A stretch of DNA of 64,000 bases from Emiliania huxleyi CCMP1516. Its lineage: Eukaryota. Below, in pieces: positions 1-9,737 of the stretch (the stretch's first letter is position 1; every line of letters starts with the position of its first letter). The notes under the pieces were generated by a model. It saw only the letters and a list, made by a program, of their open reading frames with translations. It had not been told where the DNA came from and ran no database searches. The DNA is taken from assembly GCF_000372725.1 (NCBI RefSeq), contig NW_005201360.1, forward strand, positions 208,881 through 272,880, given 5' to 3'. A program made the position numbers and the translations under genes.

Positions 1-82
1 GTGCAGGGGTGTGGTTTGTGAGCACGGGCGGAGAGGGTGGAGGTGGGTGATACAGAGACGACGCTGGTCAGTGGAGAGGCGC

Positions 83-232
83 CTGCAGATGCGCAGCCTC
101 GTTGATCCGGCACTCCAGGTGCGCGAGGCCTTGGGCGGGACCGCAGCCGCAGCCACCGTGAATGGGAGGGTAAGAGTTGGAGTTGCAGATCGTGCAGACC
201 CCGGCGGTGACGGAGTCGCTCCGACCTGACAT
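83..232 (-). CDS. First exon of a RING-variant (C4HC3-like) zinc-finger protein; gene runs off the window start
   Basis: Minus-strand translation from ATG at 232: MSGRSDSVTAGVCTICNSNSYPPIHGGCGCGPAQGLAHLECRINEAAHLQ (CxxC...CxC...HxxC), followed by a CAG|GC donor. Not in the ORF track; translated by hand. Confidence 0.55.
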
Positions 233-577
233 GGCGACTCACGGGGCGACTGATCGTCCGTCCCCTTCGCGACGCGGGGGGGGCACTCTAGAACGGAGAA
301 CGGACGAATGTTTCCTTCTTTTTCTCGCTGTGCCTTTTGAGGTGCTTTAGGTTTGTTGTTGGCAAATCAGGACACAGAGCTCACGCAAATTCACCGTGGG
401 AGGAAAGCGGCGAGTCGCTTTGTGGTGCTAGTCCGTGCCAGTCTGCTAAAAGAAAGAAAGAAAAACAGACCACCCAAGCATCGGTCTTCATGTCGCGCGT
501 TACTCGCGCTCACACGCACGCCCACAGTATCGCGACTTTAGCATCGGCGATCTGCCGCTCGAAGCCGTGCACCGCAT

Positions 578-1831
578 TTGCGAGGAGCTCACGCGTGCCG
601 CGAGGTTTGCTCGACGATACTCGGTCTCGGCAAGCGTGGCGCGCTGTTTCCCTTTGTCAATTTGGTCGCGGTGCTGCGCCGCTCCACCCTGGGAGTGTGC
701 GTCGCCAAGCGTCCGGACCTCGGGATCGACCCGGATTTGCTCGAGTACTGCGTCACGCCTCCTTACGACGAGGATGGCCGCTTGGACGTGCTGTGCGCCC
801 GTGCCTGGCTGGACGTGCCGGGGCCGATGGTCGGTGCGCTCCTCACCGCCCCCACCTGGCTGCAGTACAGCGCGCTGCGCGGAGCGGCGTTTCTCGGCCT
901 GCTGTCGCTGGCACGGCTGCACGCGCGCGCGACGGAGCACGGGGCGCAAGTCTCGGAGCGTCACGTGTCGGCGGCGGAAGAGCGGGGCCGCAAGGAGAGT
1001 ATCAGCATCACTCGGAAGCTCGTGCAGAAGACGGGAATGGACGCGGGAATGGGTACCCACCTCAATGCCGTGTTCACCCAGAGTTTCGCTGATGCCGAGT
1101 CGCGCTTCACGCCGGTCTTCTCCTCTTTGTTTGGAGATCTCGAGCTGCGGCGCCAGTTGGGCGAGCCCTCCTTGACGTCGACGAAGAGCAGCCTGTTCCG
1201 CTTCATCGACCAGCATCAAGCTGTCGAATCCGGCTTGTCCGTGGGCGAGATGGTGAATTTGCGGATGACGTCTCGACTGTCGTTCCTCGCCGGCATGTTG
1301 CTGAGGGCCGGTTCTGAACCTGAGGACCTCAGGCAGGACATCCTTTCAGCGGCCTTTCGACGTTTCGTGCGCCCGCTCTCGAAGCTCCGCAGCAGCTCTG
1401 GCCGTGCTGTCTGCAACCTTTGCCATGATAAAATACATGGCGGGCACGTGGGATGCCGTGAGTGCCAGTTCTACTGCTGCACGCAATGCATCCCCGCCAA
1501 GGACAGCTGCGTCTCCCGCGATCCCATCAAGCTCGTCGATACTGCTCCGACACTGTTGACTGACACCCTGTCAGAGGCAGGTTACCTGAAGGACGCGACG
1601 CCACGAGCAGTGGCGGCGTTTGAGAAGGAGCTCGCTGCCATCAAGAAGTACCAGGGCTTCCTCGGATCGCTCCGCGACGACGACATGACGCTGATTCGAC
1701 TCACAAAGGCGGGCGAAGCGCCGGTGCTGCGCGCGTGGCTGGAGGATCGGTACCGCTGCCCCGCGGACGATGACGACATGGCGATCGAGTTTCCCTGCCT
1801 CGCGGCACACGCGCGCTGGGGGGTCGTGTGA
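578..1831 (+). CDS. Intronless hypothetical protein with Cys-rich zinc-finger-like motif; start uncertain
   Basis: 417-aa ORF with protein-like composition and CNLCHDKIHGGHVGCRECQFYCCTQC (ZZ/C1-like spacing). Confidence 0.55.
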   Translation: MRGAHACREVCSTILGLGKRGALFPFVNLVAVLRRSTLGVCVAKRPDLGIDPDLLEYCVTPPYDEDGRLDVLCARAWLDVPGPMVGALLTAPTWLQYSALRGAAFLGLLSLARLHARATEHGAQVSERHVSAAEERGRKESISITRKLVQKTGMDAGMGTHLNAVFTQSFADAESRFTPVFSSLFGDLELRRQLGEPSLTSTKSSLFRFIDQHQAVESGLSVGEMVNLRMTSRLSFLAGMLLRAGSEPEDLRQDILSAAFRRFVRPLSKLRSSSGRAVCNLCHDKIHGGHVGCRECQFYCCTQCIPAKDSCVSRDPIKLVDTAPTLLTDTLSEAGYLKDATPRAVAAFEKELAAIKKYQGFLGSLRDDDMTLIRLTKAGEAPVLRAWLEDRYRCPADDDDMAIEFPCLAAHARWGVV

Positions 1832-2173
1832 TCACGGCGGCGGAGATCGGATAGGCTGACGAATATTGAGGCACGGCCCAGACGAGCGCGCTCTCTTTAC
1901 TCTGCCGCCCCCTGGCCCTGCGGCCCTACATGAACGCCGAAAGGCGAAACGTACTCTTTCGGCGAAAGGCAGGGCCCCCGAGCCCCGTTCTCAGTCCTCA
2001 GGCCGGGATCGCGGTTTTTTCAGCAGAGCCTCTGTCGAAATTACTCTGCGGACTGCTCTATTCTATATAAGTGCTTACACACGGACTCGCTTTTAATCCT
2101 GGTGCGTTTGCGCAAACCAAGTGTGGTACGTCATCGCGTGCCGGCATGGGCGGGCGGTCCAGTCTGGCAGTCA

Positions 2174-3022
2174 TCACACCAAGCAAAACTCGTCGCCATA
2201 CGCATCCGCGTCGGCGGCCGAGCAGAGCGCCGACTTCGACGCGGCCACTGCCTTGGCCGCCTTGGCTTTGTACTTGTCTCCGATCGCCTTGAAGAAGACC
2301 CGGCCCACCTGCGGCGAGGGACGGCAAGGTAAGCGGCGCACATCACGGCAAGCAGAGTGCAGAGAGTGCATGAGCTCCTCGCTGGTGAGCAGCCGGTACG
2401 CCGCGAAGAGCTGGACTGGGCTGGCGCAGAGCGCCTAAGGCATGGTCCGCTGCCTCGGATCCTACGCCGAGTGCAAGGCCCGGTGCGCCGTGGGCGAGCG
2501 GACCTCATCGATGACGCCTAGGATCTGCTTTGCCGAGAGGGGCGCGTCGGCCTCGCTCGCCAGCTCCCACGCAACCTCGAGCATCTCTGGCTCGACGCCC
2601 AGCTCGGTCGGCGCCTTCTCCGCCACCCTCACGTAGTCTGCCAGCACGAGTGGCGCGTCGAGCGGGTCTTTCAGCTTCTTGGACGCAGCGAAGGTCGCGC
2701 GCACCTGGGCCGCCTTGATCGGGTGAGTGCGTCCGTCCGCGTCGAGCACCTCGTAACGCGCCCCGCCCTTGGCTTTCGATTCGGCTTTGATTATGACTCC
2801 AAGCAGTCCGCGGGCGTGTCCCTGCTTCCCTTCGTCGAACTCGCAGATGCTGCCCACGCCGTGCAGTGACGGCGGCTCGGCTTCGTCGCTGGCCTCCTTC
2901 AGGAAGACCGCCGAGCGACGCAGCGAGTATTCTACCGCCGAGCGATGCAGCGAGTAGGACGACGTCCTTGTCGAAATGGACACGAGAGGCGCGAACCCGA
3001 GCGGCGCGCCGACAAAGAACAT
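2174..3022 (-). CDS. Spliced gene, probably plastid-targeted, resembling the N-terminal region of cyanobacterial/plastid RNase II (no catalytic RNB domain)
   Basis: Exons in ORFs 2462..3052 (GSICEFDEGK...LEVAWELASE) and 2174..2371 (GRVFFKAIGDKYKAKAAKAV); Ser/Arg-rich N-terminus. Confidence 0.5.
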
Positions 3023-3293
3023 CGATTTCGGCACTGTGCACCCAGCTCCCATCTGTCATCACTGAACGAGCGAGATGTAGATGTAGGAGTTTCCCGGCAA
3101 TTTCCTGAAATAAAAAGAAATTATCGCACCGTAGTTTAAGGGGACGGTCGGAACTTAACGGGGACGATCGGACGACCGACCTGCTTTCATCGACGCTTAG
3201 ACATCGCTGCCCAGTCCTGGCTGGAGAGGGCGGTTGCGACCGCACTCTTACTTGCTCCAGGAGAGGCCTCACCGGTTGCGCAGCGCCGCTGTC

Positions 3294-4614
3294 ATGTCGC
3301 ACCAACACGAGAGCGCCTTTGTGCACTTTGTCGAGAAGCTCAAAGAGCGACTGCCTGCGGCCCGTCCCGCACTCGACGCACTGCTCGCCGACTTCTCCTC
3401 TGGCCAGCTGTCGAAAGAGGCACTGCAGGCTCGCCACACGCGCACGAACCGGCTCGTCCCCCACCATCGCCCGCCGAGCCTTCCCTGTGACGTGCGTAGG
3501 AGAGGCTGCCGCACATTGTGCCACGCGAGATCCAGGAGCGTGCGCTCCTGGAGGTCAGGGCTGAGCGTGAGCCGCCTTCACTTCAAGCAATCGACAGTGT
3601 GGTGAACGAGGATTTGGAGCTTAGCCGCGTCGCGCGAGCACGAGCTCGTGCTCAGGGCCAATCCGCAAGCCGCAACTTTGCAGTGCGATCGGCATCTGAG
3701 ATGGAGGCGGTCGTCGCCCTCGACACCCTCAGCTCTTTGTTTGGATCGGGATCCGCCGCAGTCACCACGCCGCGACCGCAGGGGTCGAGCTCCTGCGCCG
3801 TCGCGGTGGGTGGTGGATCGGCGGCGGGCCCGAGCACCTCCTCTGGGCAGGTGATTCAGCTCTCCGATGCTGACCTCCGGCGCTTTGCGAGCTCGCCTGA
3901 CGTTGAGAGGTGGGCACCTATTTAGACCCAGATACGCCAGGAGGCTGGAGAGGTCCGCAAGCGCGTGAAAGTGAGATTATCTCCCCTGCCTCGAGCAGGT
4001 GGGAGCGGATTGACGCGAGCGGCGAGCGGCCGGCACAACGGCGGCGGCTGTTGGAGGAGAACGCTCACGGAGCATTGGTGGCGATGTCCCGTGGCACATC
4101 GACTTTGGAACCGCAGACGCAGGCAGCGCAGCGCCAGCGAGTCGCGCGGCGCCCTCCCTCCGGGCGTGGGCGTGGCGAGGCGCGAGGCTATGGGCGCACG
4201 GCGGACCCCAGGCCGCAGCCGTGGAACGTGCCGGTCCACATCGACATGGCCCTTGGGATGGGCCACGGCGCAGGCAGTCCGACGCGAGATAGTGCCGTGT
4301 CTGGAACCCACCCCTCCTCCATCCTCCTTTCGCCCCGCCCTCCACGCTCACCGCGCGTGATCGCTTCTTGCATAACAGGACTGCGCGGCCGCCACGAGCC
4401 GCCCTTCCTCTCCATGGGCCCCGTGCCGAGCTTCTTCGGCATGTTCGGGCGCGGCTTCCTGTGGGATGAGCCGCGATCCGCGCCTCCTCCCGGGGTCGAA
4501 AGCGAGGAGGGCGAGGAGGAGCTGGACGTGCTCGAGCGGCTCGCGGAGCTCGAGGAAGGCAGGGGTCGCGGGGGTGGGGGCGGGGGCGGTCGGGCCGCTA
4601 GTAGGGGCAACTGA
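3294..4614 (+). CDS. Spliced hypothetical protein
   Basis: Helical exon MSHQHESAFVHFVEKLKERL...LSKEALQ, GC..AG intron, then ORFs 3518..3925 and 3910..4614. Confidence 0.45.
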
Positions 4615-4930
4615 GCAGGGCAGCTGGGTTCAGATTTGGACGAGCGACCCCGCCGAAGCGCGAAGGGCGAAGCCGAAGGCCGAAGCCGCGCCGCCGCGAC
4701 CGGGGCGGAGACGCGCGAGAACGCTCGGGGCCCAGCGGGGACGGCGGTACGCGACGCGTCGAATGAAAAATGTATTACATTTACAGAAATACCGCGGCGA
4801 CACCGACAGACCACTATACACCACTCTCTCAATAGACAACATGTGCATGCTCATGTTCATGTGTGATGTGACAACGGACAAGCTACCTGTGGGAGGGCGA
4901 AAAGCCGCACCGCCGAAACCGCCAGCTCGC

Positions 4931-6625
4931 TCAGCCGATCATCGCGAGCACCTCCGACACCGAGATGCTGGTCGTGTCGCCACCCGAGAGGGCCTCGGCA
5001 GCCACTTCACCATCGAGCAGAGCGAATAGCTCCTCTTCGGCCACAGTCGACGAGTCGCTGCCGAGCGAGGCGGAGGAAGAGTCGAACGACCTCGCAGGCG
5101 ACACCAAGGAGGCGACGCAGCTATCGCCGCCGTCGCCACCGCCGCCGCCGCCGCCGCCGCCGCCAGCAGCCCATTGTTCGACCTTCATCGCCTTGCCGCT
5201 CGCCTGAGCCGAGTGGGCCTCGCCAGGCGCCCGCCAGTGGCAGATGCCGCCAAAGGCGCTCTCCAGCGGCCGCTTGAGCTGATGGAGACCAAAGTCGAAG
5301 AGCCCCGACACGCACGGCGAGAGCGCGGTACAGAAGAAGTTGACGACGAGGCCGCTGGCAGCGTCCGTGACGCACACGCGCCGCACAAAGAGCGTGTGCG
5401 GGACGACCACCCTCGAGTGGATGTCCTCCGCCTCTGGTGCCAGCGGGACGCCCAGCCTCGAGAGCTGCTGGACGTAGTTGCTGTCCCGCCTCATGCACAG
5501 CAAGAAGGCGCCATCCGCCTGCACCTGGGCAGCCGACTGCAGCCGACCGACTGGCGACAGCGGCGCGCTCAGCGCCCGGCAGAAGGCGATCGCGAAGCGC
5601 TCGCGCTCTTCGTCTGCGTCGACGAGCCTCGGCGGCGAGCCGCTTGCCATGGACTGGACCGGCGTGGTGAAGTCCATGGAGCACGGCGAAGAGAGGTGCT
5701 CGGCGAAGTGCGGGTTCGGCAGCCAGCCGGGGTAGACGCCCAGCGAGGAGGTGCTTTCTCCGTTGAGGCTCCAGTACCTGCCCGCTGCGACGCTGCGCAC
5801 GCTGACCAGGCAGGGCGAGTTGAAGAGGCCGGAGACGGCTTCCGGGACGGCAATCGGAAGCGGACACCGACTGCGCCAGTGCCCCTCCGCCGCGCTCGTC
5901 TTGACGTCGGAGAGGGGGAAACGGAGCTGGTGCGCCGACTGCAGCGCAAAGGCGGCCAGGCCGCAGCAGTCCCGCGCTGCTGCGAGGTGGAGCAAGACGT
6001 GAAGCGCATACAGCAGCGCTGGGCGGTCGGTGAGCTTCCCACTGCACCCCAGGACGACGAGCTTGGTCATCTCCGCCGCAGCGGCACCGGTCGCTTTGCC
6101 GAGGTACACGGCTGCGTCGGCGGAAACTGGCATGGGGACGGGAAGCGGTGCGGGCGGCACTCTGGCCAGAGCTGTCGGCACCGCTCTGCCCAGAGCTGCC
6201 GCCGGCACGCAGCTGCTCGACGCCAGAGCTGTCGGTACCGCTCTGGCCACTGCCGCCGGCACGCAGCTGCTCGAGGCAAGGGCAGATAGGGGCCCGGGCA
6301 GGAAGAGGGGCTTGGTGGCAGCCTTGAGGGTGGCGGCCTCGTTGGCGGCCTTCTTGGGGTTCGAGTCGGAGAACAGCCAGGCCTGTTGCGCGCGCCGGGT
6401 CAGCTCCTTCTCCGACAGCCCTGGCTCCTCCCCCCGAAGTCGCATCTTGAAGCCATTCTTGAAGACGGTGCTTGCCTTGACGGTTTTCCGATGGTCCTGC
6501 TCGGGAACGCACTGGATGCCGAGGCGTTTGCAACGCGAGCAAGTGCGCACCGCGCCGTCCGGAGCGATCATGTCGCACTGCGTGCGAGCGCTGCGGCAGG
6601 ACCGGCAGAGCTTGTTGATGGTCAT
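4931..6625 (-). CDS. Zn(II)2Cys6 binuclear-cluster transcription factor with adjacent HMG/YABBY/CCDC124-like helical motif
   Basis: 564-aa ORF; N-terminal CRSCRSARTQC-x11-CSRCKRLGIQC fits Zn2Cys6 spacing; then FKMRLRGEEPGLSEKELTRRAQQAWLFSDSNPKK; internal duplication ALASSSCVPAA...RAVPT x2. Confidence 0.8.
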   Translation of the reverse strand: MTINKLCRSCRSARTQCDMIAPDGAVRTCSRCKRLGIQCVPEQDHRKTVKASTVFKNGFKMRLRGEEPGLSEKELTRRAQQAWLFSDSNPKKAANEAATLKAATKPLFLPGPLSALASSSCVPAAVARAVPTALASSSCVPAAALGRAVPTALARVPPAPLPVPMPVSADAAVYLGKATGAAAAEMTKLVVLGCSGKLTDRPALLYALHVLLHLAAARDCCGLAAFALQSAHQLRFPLSDVKTSAAEGHWRSRCPLPIAVPEAVSGLFNSPCLVSVRSVAAGRYWSLNGESTSSLGVYPGWLPNPHFAEHLSSPCSMDFTTPVQSMASGSPPRLVDADEERERFAIAFCRALSAPLSPVGRLQSAAQVQADGAFLLCMRRDSNYVQQLSRLGVPLAPEAEDIHSRVVVPHTLFVRRVCVTDAASGLVVNFFCTALSPCVSGLFDFGLHQLKRPLESAFGGICHWRAPGEAHSAQASGKAMKVEQWAAGGGGGGGGGGDGGDSCVASLVSPARSFDSSSASLGSDSSTVAEEELFALLDGEVAAEALSGGDTTSISVSEVLAMIG

Positions 6626-7011
6626 GAGATTGGAAGCAGCGACCGGGACAAGGATGTCGAAAGACTGAAGCAGCTAACCCGGACGACAAGGATTGTGGTG
6701 TGTCCCGAGACCTCGATAGAGAAACACAAAGTCCATAATACGTGGCTCGCGGCAACGCGAGACTTTACTTTCCGTGCAATATATTTTGAATTTCGTGTGC
6801 GTGATCTGGTCCGGGTTGCCTTCGTGTGCGACGCCCATTCCCCTCTCCTCGCCAACCAACGGTCTGCTATAGCCGCAGCCGCTCCTCGCTGCTCGGTGTG
6901 AACAGAGTTCGTACACCGAGCAGCGGAGCTCCGCAACTCGAGATCCCTCGAGAGTTCACGCGGAGTCGGCTGGGGCATCATACCAGCCAGCGTGTCCCCC
7001 CCCCCCCCCCC

Positions 7012-7019
7012 ACACGTGT
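7012..7019. promoter_or_regulatory. ACACGTGT palindrome (E-box/G-box core) between divergent TF and iron-uptake genes
   Basis: Seen ~320 bp upstream of the ISIP2A-like ATG; function inferred only. Confidence 0.3.
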
Positions 7020-7335
7020 ATATCTACACTCCCTCTTTCCCGCTCCTCCCCGAAAAAGACAAACGTGAGTGCTTCCCGCGCGGCTCATGCACGAGGCCTT
7101 CCTTCAATCCGTCCGTCCCGTCCGCGGCTCAGCCCGCACCTCTCAGTGATGAGTGAGGGCGGCTCGTGCGGGTACATTCCGAGACTCCTTGGCGGCACCG
7201 AAACCCCAAGTCTACCTCGACGACACTGTAGGGTATAGAAAACTGGGCGAAACGCGGCGCTGCACTATTCCGGCACGGACCCACACACCCTCTCGGCACC
7301 CTGAACTTCCCGAAATTGCTACCGACGGGCACAAA

Positions 7336-9297
7336 ATGCGCCTCCTTCTCGCGCTCGCCATTGCCACCGGCGCCCAGGCATCGTACGAGCGTGTCGTGGG
7401 CTACCAGCCGGGCTCTCAGGTGCGGTGGGCGCCCCTCACTGGCCGCCTCCCAACCACGCTGCCGCCCGAGCCTCGGTCGCTCGCCCCCTCGCCAACCCAC
7501 ACGTGAGAGAGAGAGAGAGAGAGCAATTTAGCAATACCAAAAATTCTAACACTCACACATCATTTGGGGCCGTGCTCCGCCCCTCGTCAGGTGACGGACC
7601 ATTGCGCCGTCGACCTCGACCAGGCGGCCATGGAGGCCGCTCTTGGCCTCGCCACTCCCGACTATGACGCGGCCCTGGCAGTCTACACTGGAGGGGGGCA
7701 CTCCAAGTCATACGCAGCGCTCACGCTGCAGTCGGGACTCCCCGCCGCCCTCTCGAAGGGCGACCCTCTGAGTGGAACTGACCAGGACGGATTGCCTGTG
7801 GCCGGCAAGGCCTACGCCGCCTACGCCGCTGGTGCAACAGAGATTCGCTTCCAGTACATCACCTCCGACTTCACCACTTCGAGCGGAGGTACGTCGGATG
7901 CCAACAGGCACGTCGGATGCTTCGTGGGAGGCCTTTCGTCGCAGACCTCGCCGTATGTGCCCGTGACCGGCGGGTGCCTGGGCACCCCTCCCTTCAGCAT
8001 CACGTCCCCGACGCTCGGCCCTCTGGCTGTTTCGGCCATCGAGCACAAGAACGGCCGCGACATCGAGGGTTTCTCGACTGCGGCGCAGGCCAAGATGTAC
8101 GATTCCTGCCCCGGCTGCCCGTACGACGAGTACAAGAAGTTCTACGACTACTACGGCGACTATATGTACGCCGACACCTGGGTCAAGGCGGCGCTCCAAG
8201 GGAGTGCGACCAGCTTCACCAACGGCAACGTCGACTTCTCCACGTCGGGCGCCAACGACGACGCGTCTCGCATTCAGGGGGCGAAGAAGGGCTCCGCCTA
8301 CATGAACGTGTGGATGTACGTCATTCGCGAGTTCGAGGACGCAATCGACGACTGCCAGAAGGACTGCATTCATTGCAACGACGACCCTGTCCATGCGTGG
8401 GACGAGGCGCAGCCGTGCTGAATTCGCACAGCCCCCCCCCAATCCTGACCGCGCCGCGCCCGAGCGTGACTCAGGGTGTCTGCTTCTACACCGGCGGTAT
8501 GGTGCAGCCCGACACGTCCGCGGACCAAGTCACGAGCGGCAAGCTACTCTGGACGCTCGCCGACAAGCGGTGCATGGACTACAAGACCTGCGGGTCGGCG
8601 GGCAACGAGGCGTGGCCCACCTCATTGGCAGAGGGGAGGCCGAGGCGCGGACCCCGACCCCGCCACCCCGCCCCGTGCGCAGGCCTCTGGCCAGTCCAAG
8701 GTGAACCAGGACCTTGCGAGGGAGTTCGCCCTCGGCCAGCTCGAGCTGCAGCTCGGCCAGTGCGACAACGTGCGGCCGATTGTCGAGAGGACGACGAACC
8801 TGATGCGCATCCCGCTCATCCAGGGCACCATGCGCTACGCCTACAAGGTCGACAAGCTCGGCGGCCTCGAGAAGGAGAAGGCTGAGGGCTACACCTTCGC
8901 CGCTGCGGTGCTCCCGGCTCTCCATTTCTGCTCCGCCGCCGACGCGACCATCGTGTATGACAACATGAAGCAGGGCGCCACGTCCACCAGCCACGCGGCG
9001 GTCAAAACGGCCTTTGAGCGTAACTACGCGTGCCTCGGCATCACATGCGCTGACGTCGGTGGCCTGTGGAACTCCGGTCTGATCGACTACTACGACGGCG
9101 CGACTCCATGTGTCGACTCGAGCACGTCGGACGACGACGACGACAGCCTCTCGTCGGGCGCCATCGCAGGCATCGCCGTTGGCGCAGGCATCGCCGCGCT
9201 CCTCCTCGGCGTCGTCACCTACATGGCCATTCGCGAGAAGAATGGCAAGCCGGTCTTCACGCCCTACATCGAGTCCAAGGACGCACCGGGCGCGTGA
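7336..9297 (+). CDS. ISIP2A: Low-iron-inducible periplasmic protein / phytotransferrin (FEA1/ISIP2A family), signal peptide and C-terminal TM anchor, 4 exons
   Basis: MRLLLALAIATGAQA signal; GYQPGSQ|VTDHCAVDLDQAAM; CPGCPYDEYKKFYDYYG; YMNVWMYVIREFEDAIDDC; VHAWDE|GVCFYTG; IPLIQGTMRYAY; TM GAIAGIAVGAGIAALLLGVVTYMAI. Introns ~7420-7590, 8407-8474, 8610-8682. Confidence 0.85.
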
Positions 9298-9737
9298 CCA
9301 ACATGGGATCAAGTCACAAGTGGGGCCGTAAAATCGCTGACATGTGCGGATTGGAGATGTCCCCAAACGTTACGTCGTCGTTGACAACTTCTGTGTGCTC
9401 TAATCCGTTGCTTTGAAGATCGCTTCAGCACGCTTGTTCGTATATTTTGAGTTGATCTCGTCTAAAAACAAGAATTTGCTTTCACGGCGCGTTCGCAAGG
9501 CAACAGCTTTGGCCGCTCTTTGGCCGCTCGACAAGAGCGGGCCGGCAAGCAAGAGCCACGACGAGGACGCGAACAACGCGCTCGAGGCGCGCTGCGGGAG
9601 CAGTGCGAGAAGCAGATTCATGGAGGGTGTGAGGGCTGAGAGGGCGGCGGCACCGCGGCTGCGACGTAGGGATCCCTATCCCGCCGTGTGACGGTGCATG
9701 GCCGGCAAGACAGAGAGAGGCCGGCCCCCCCCAGAAC

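Noticed and set aside
9400..9621. 73-aa minus-strand ORF downstream of the M3 peptidase
   Set aside because: No recognisable motif; probably 3' UTR or intergenic sequence.
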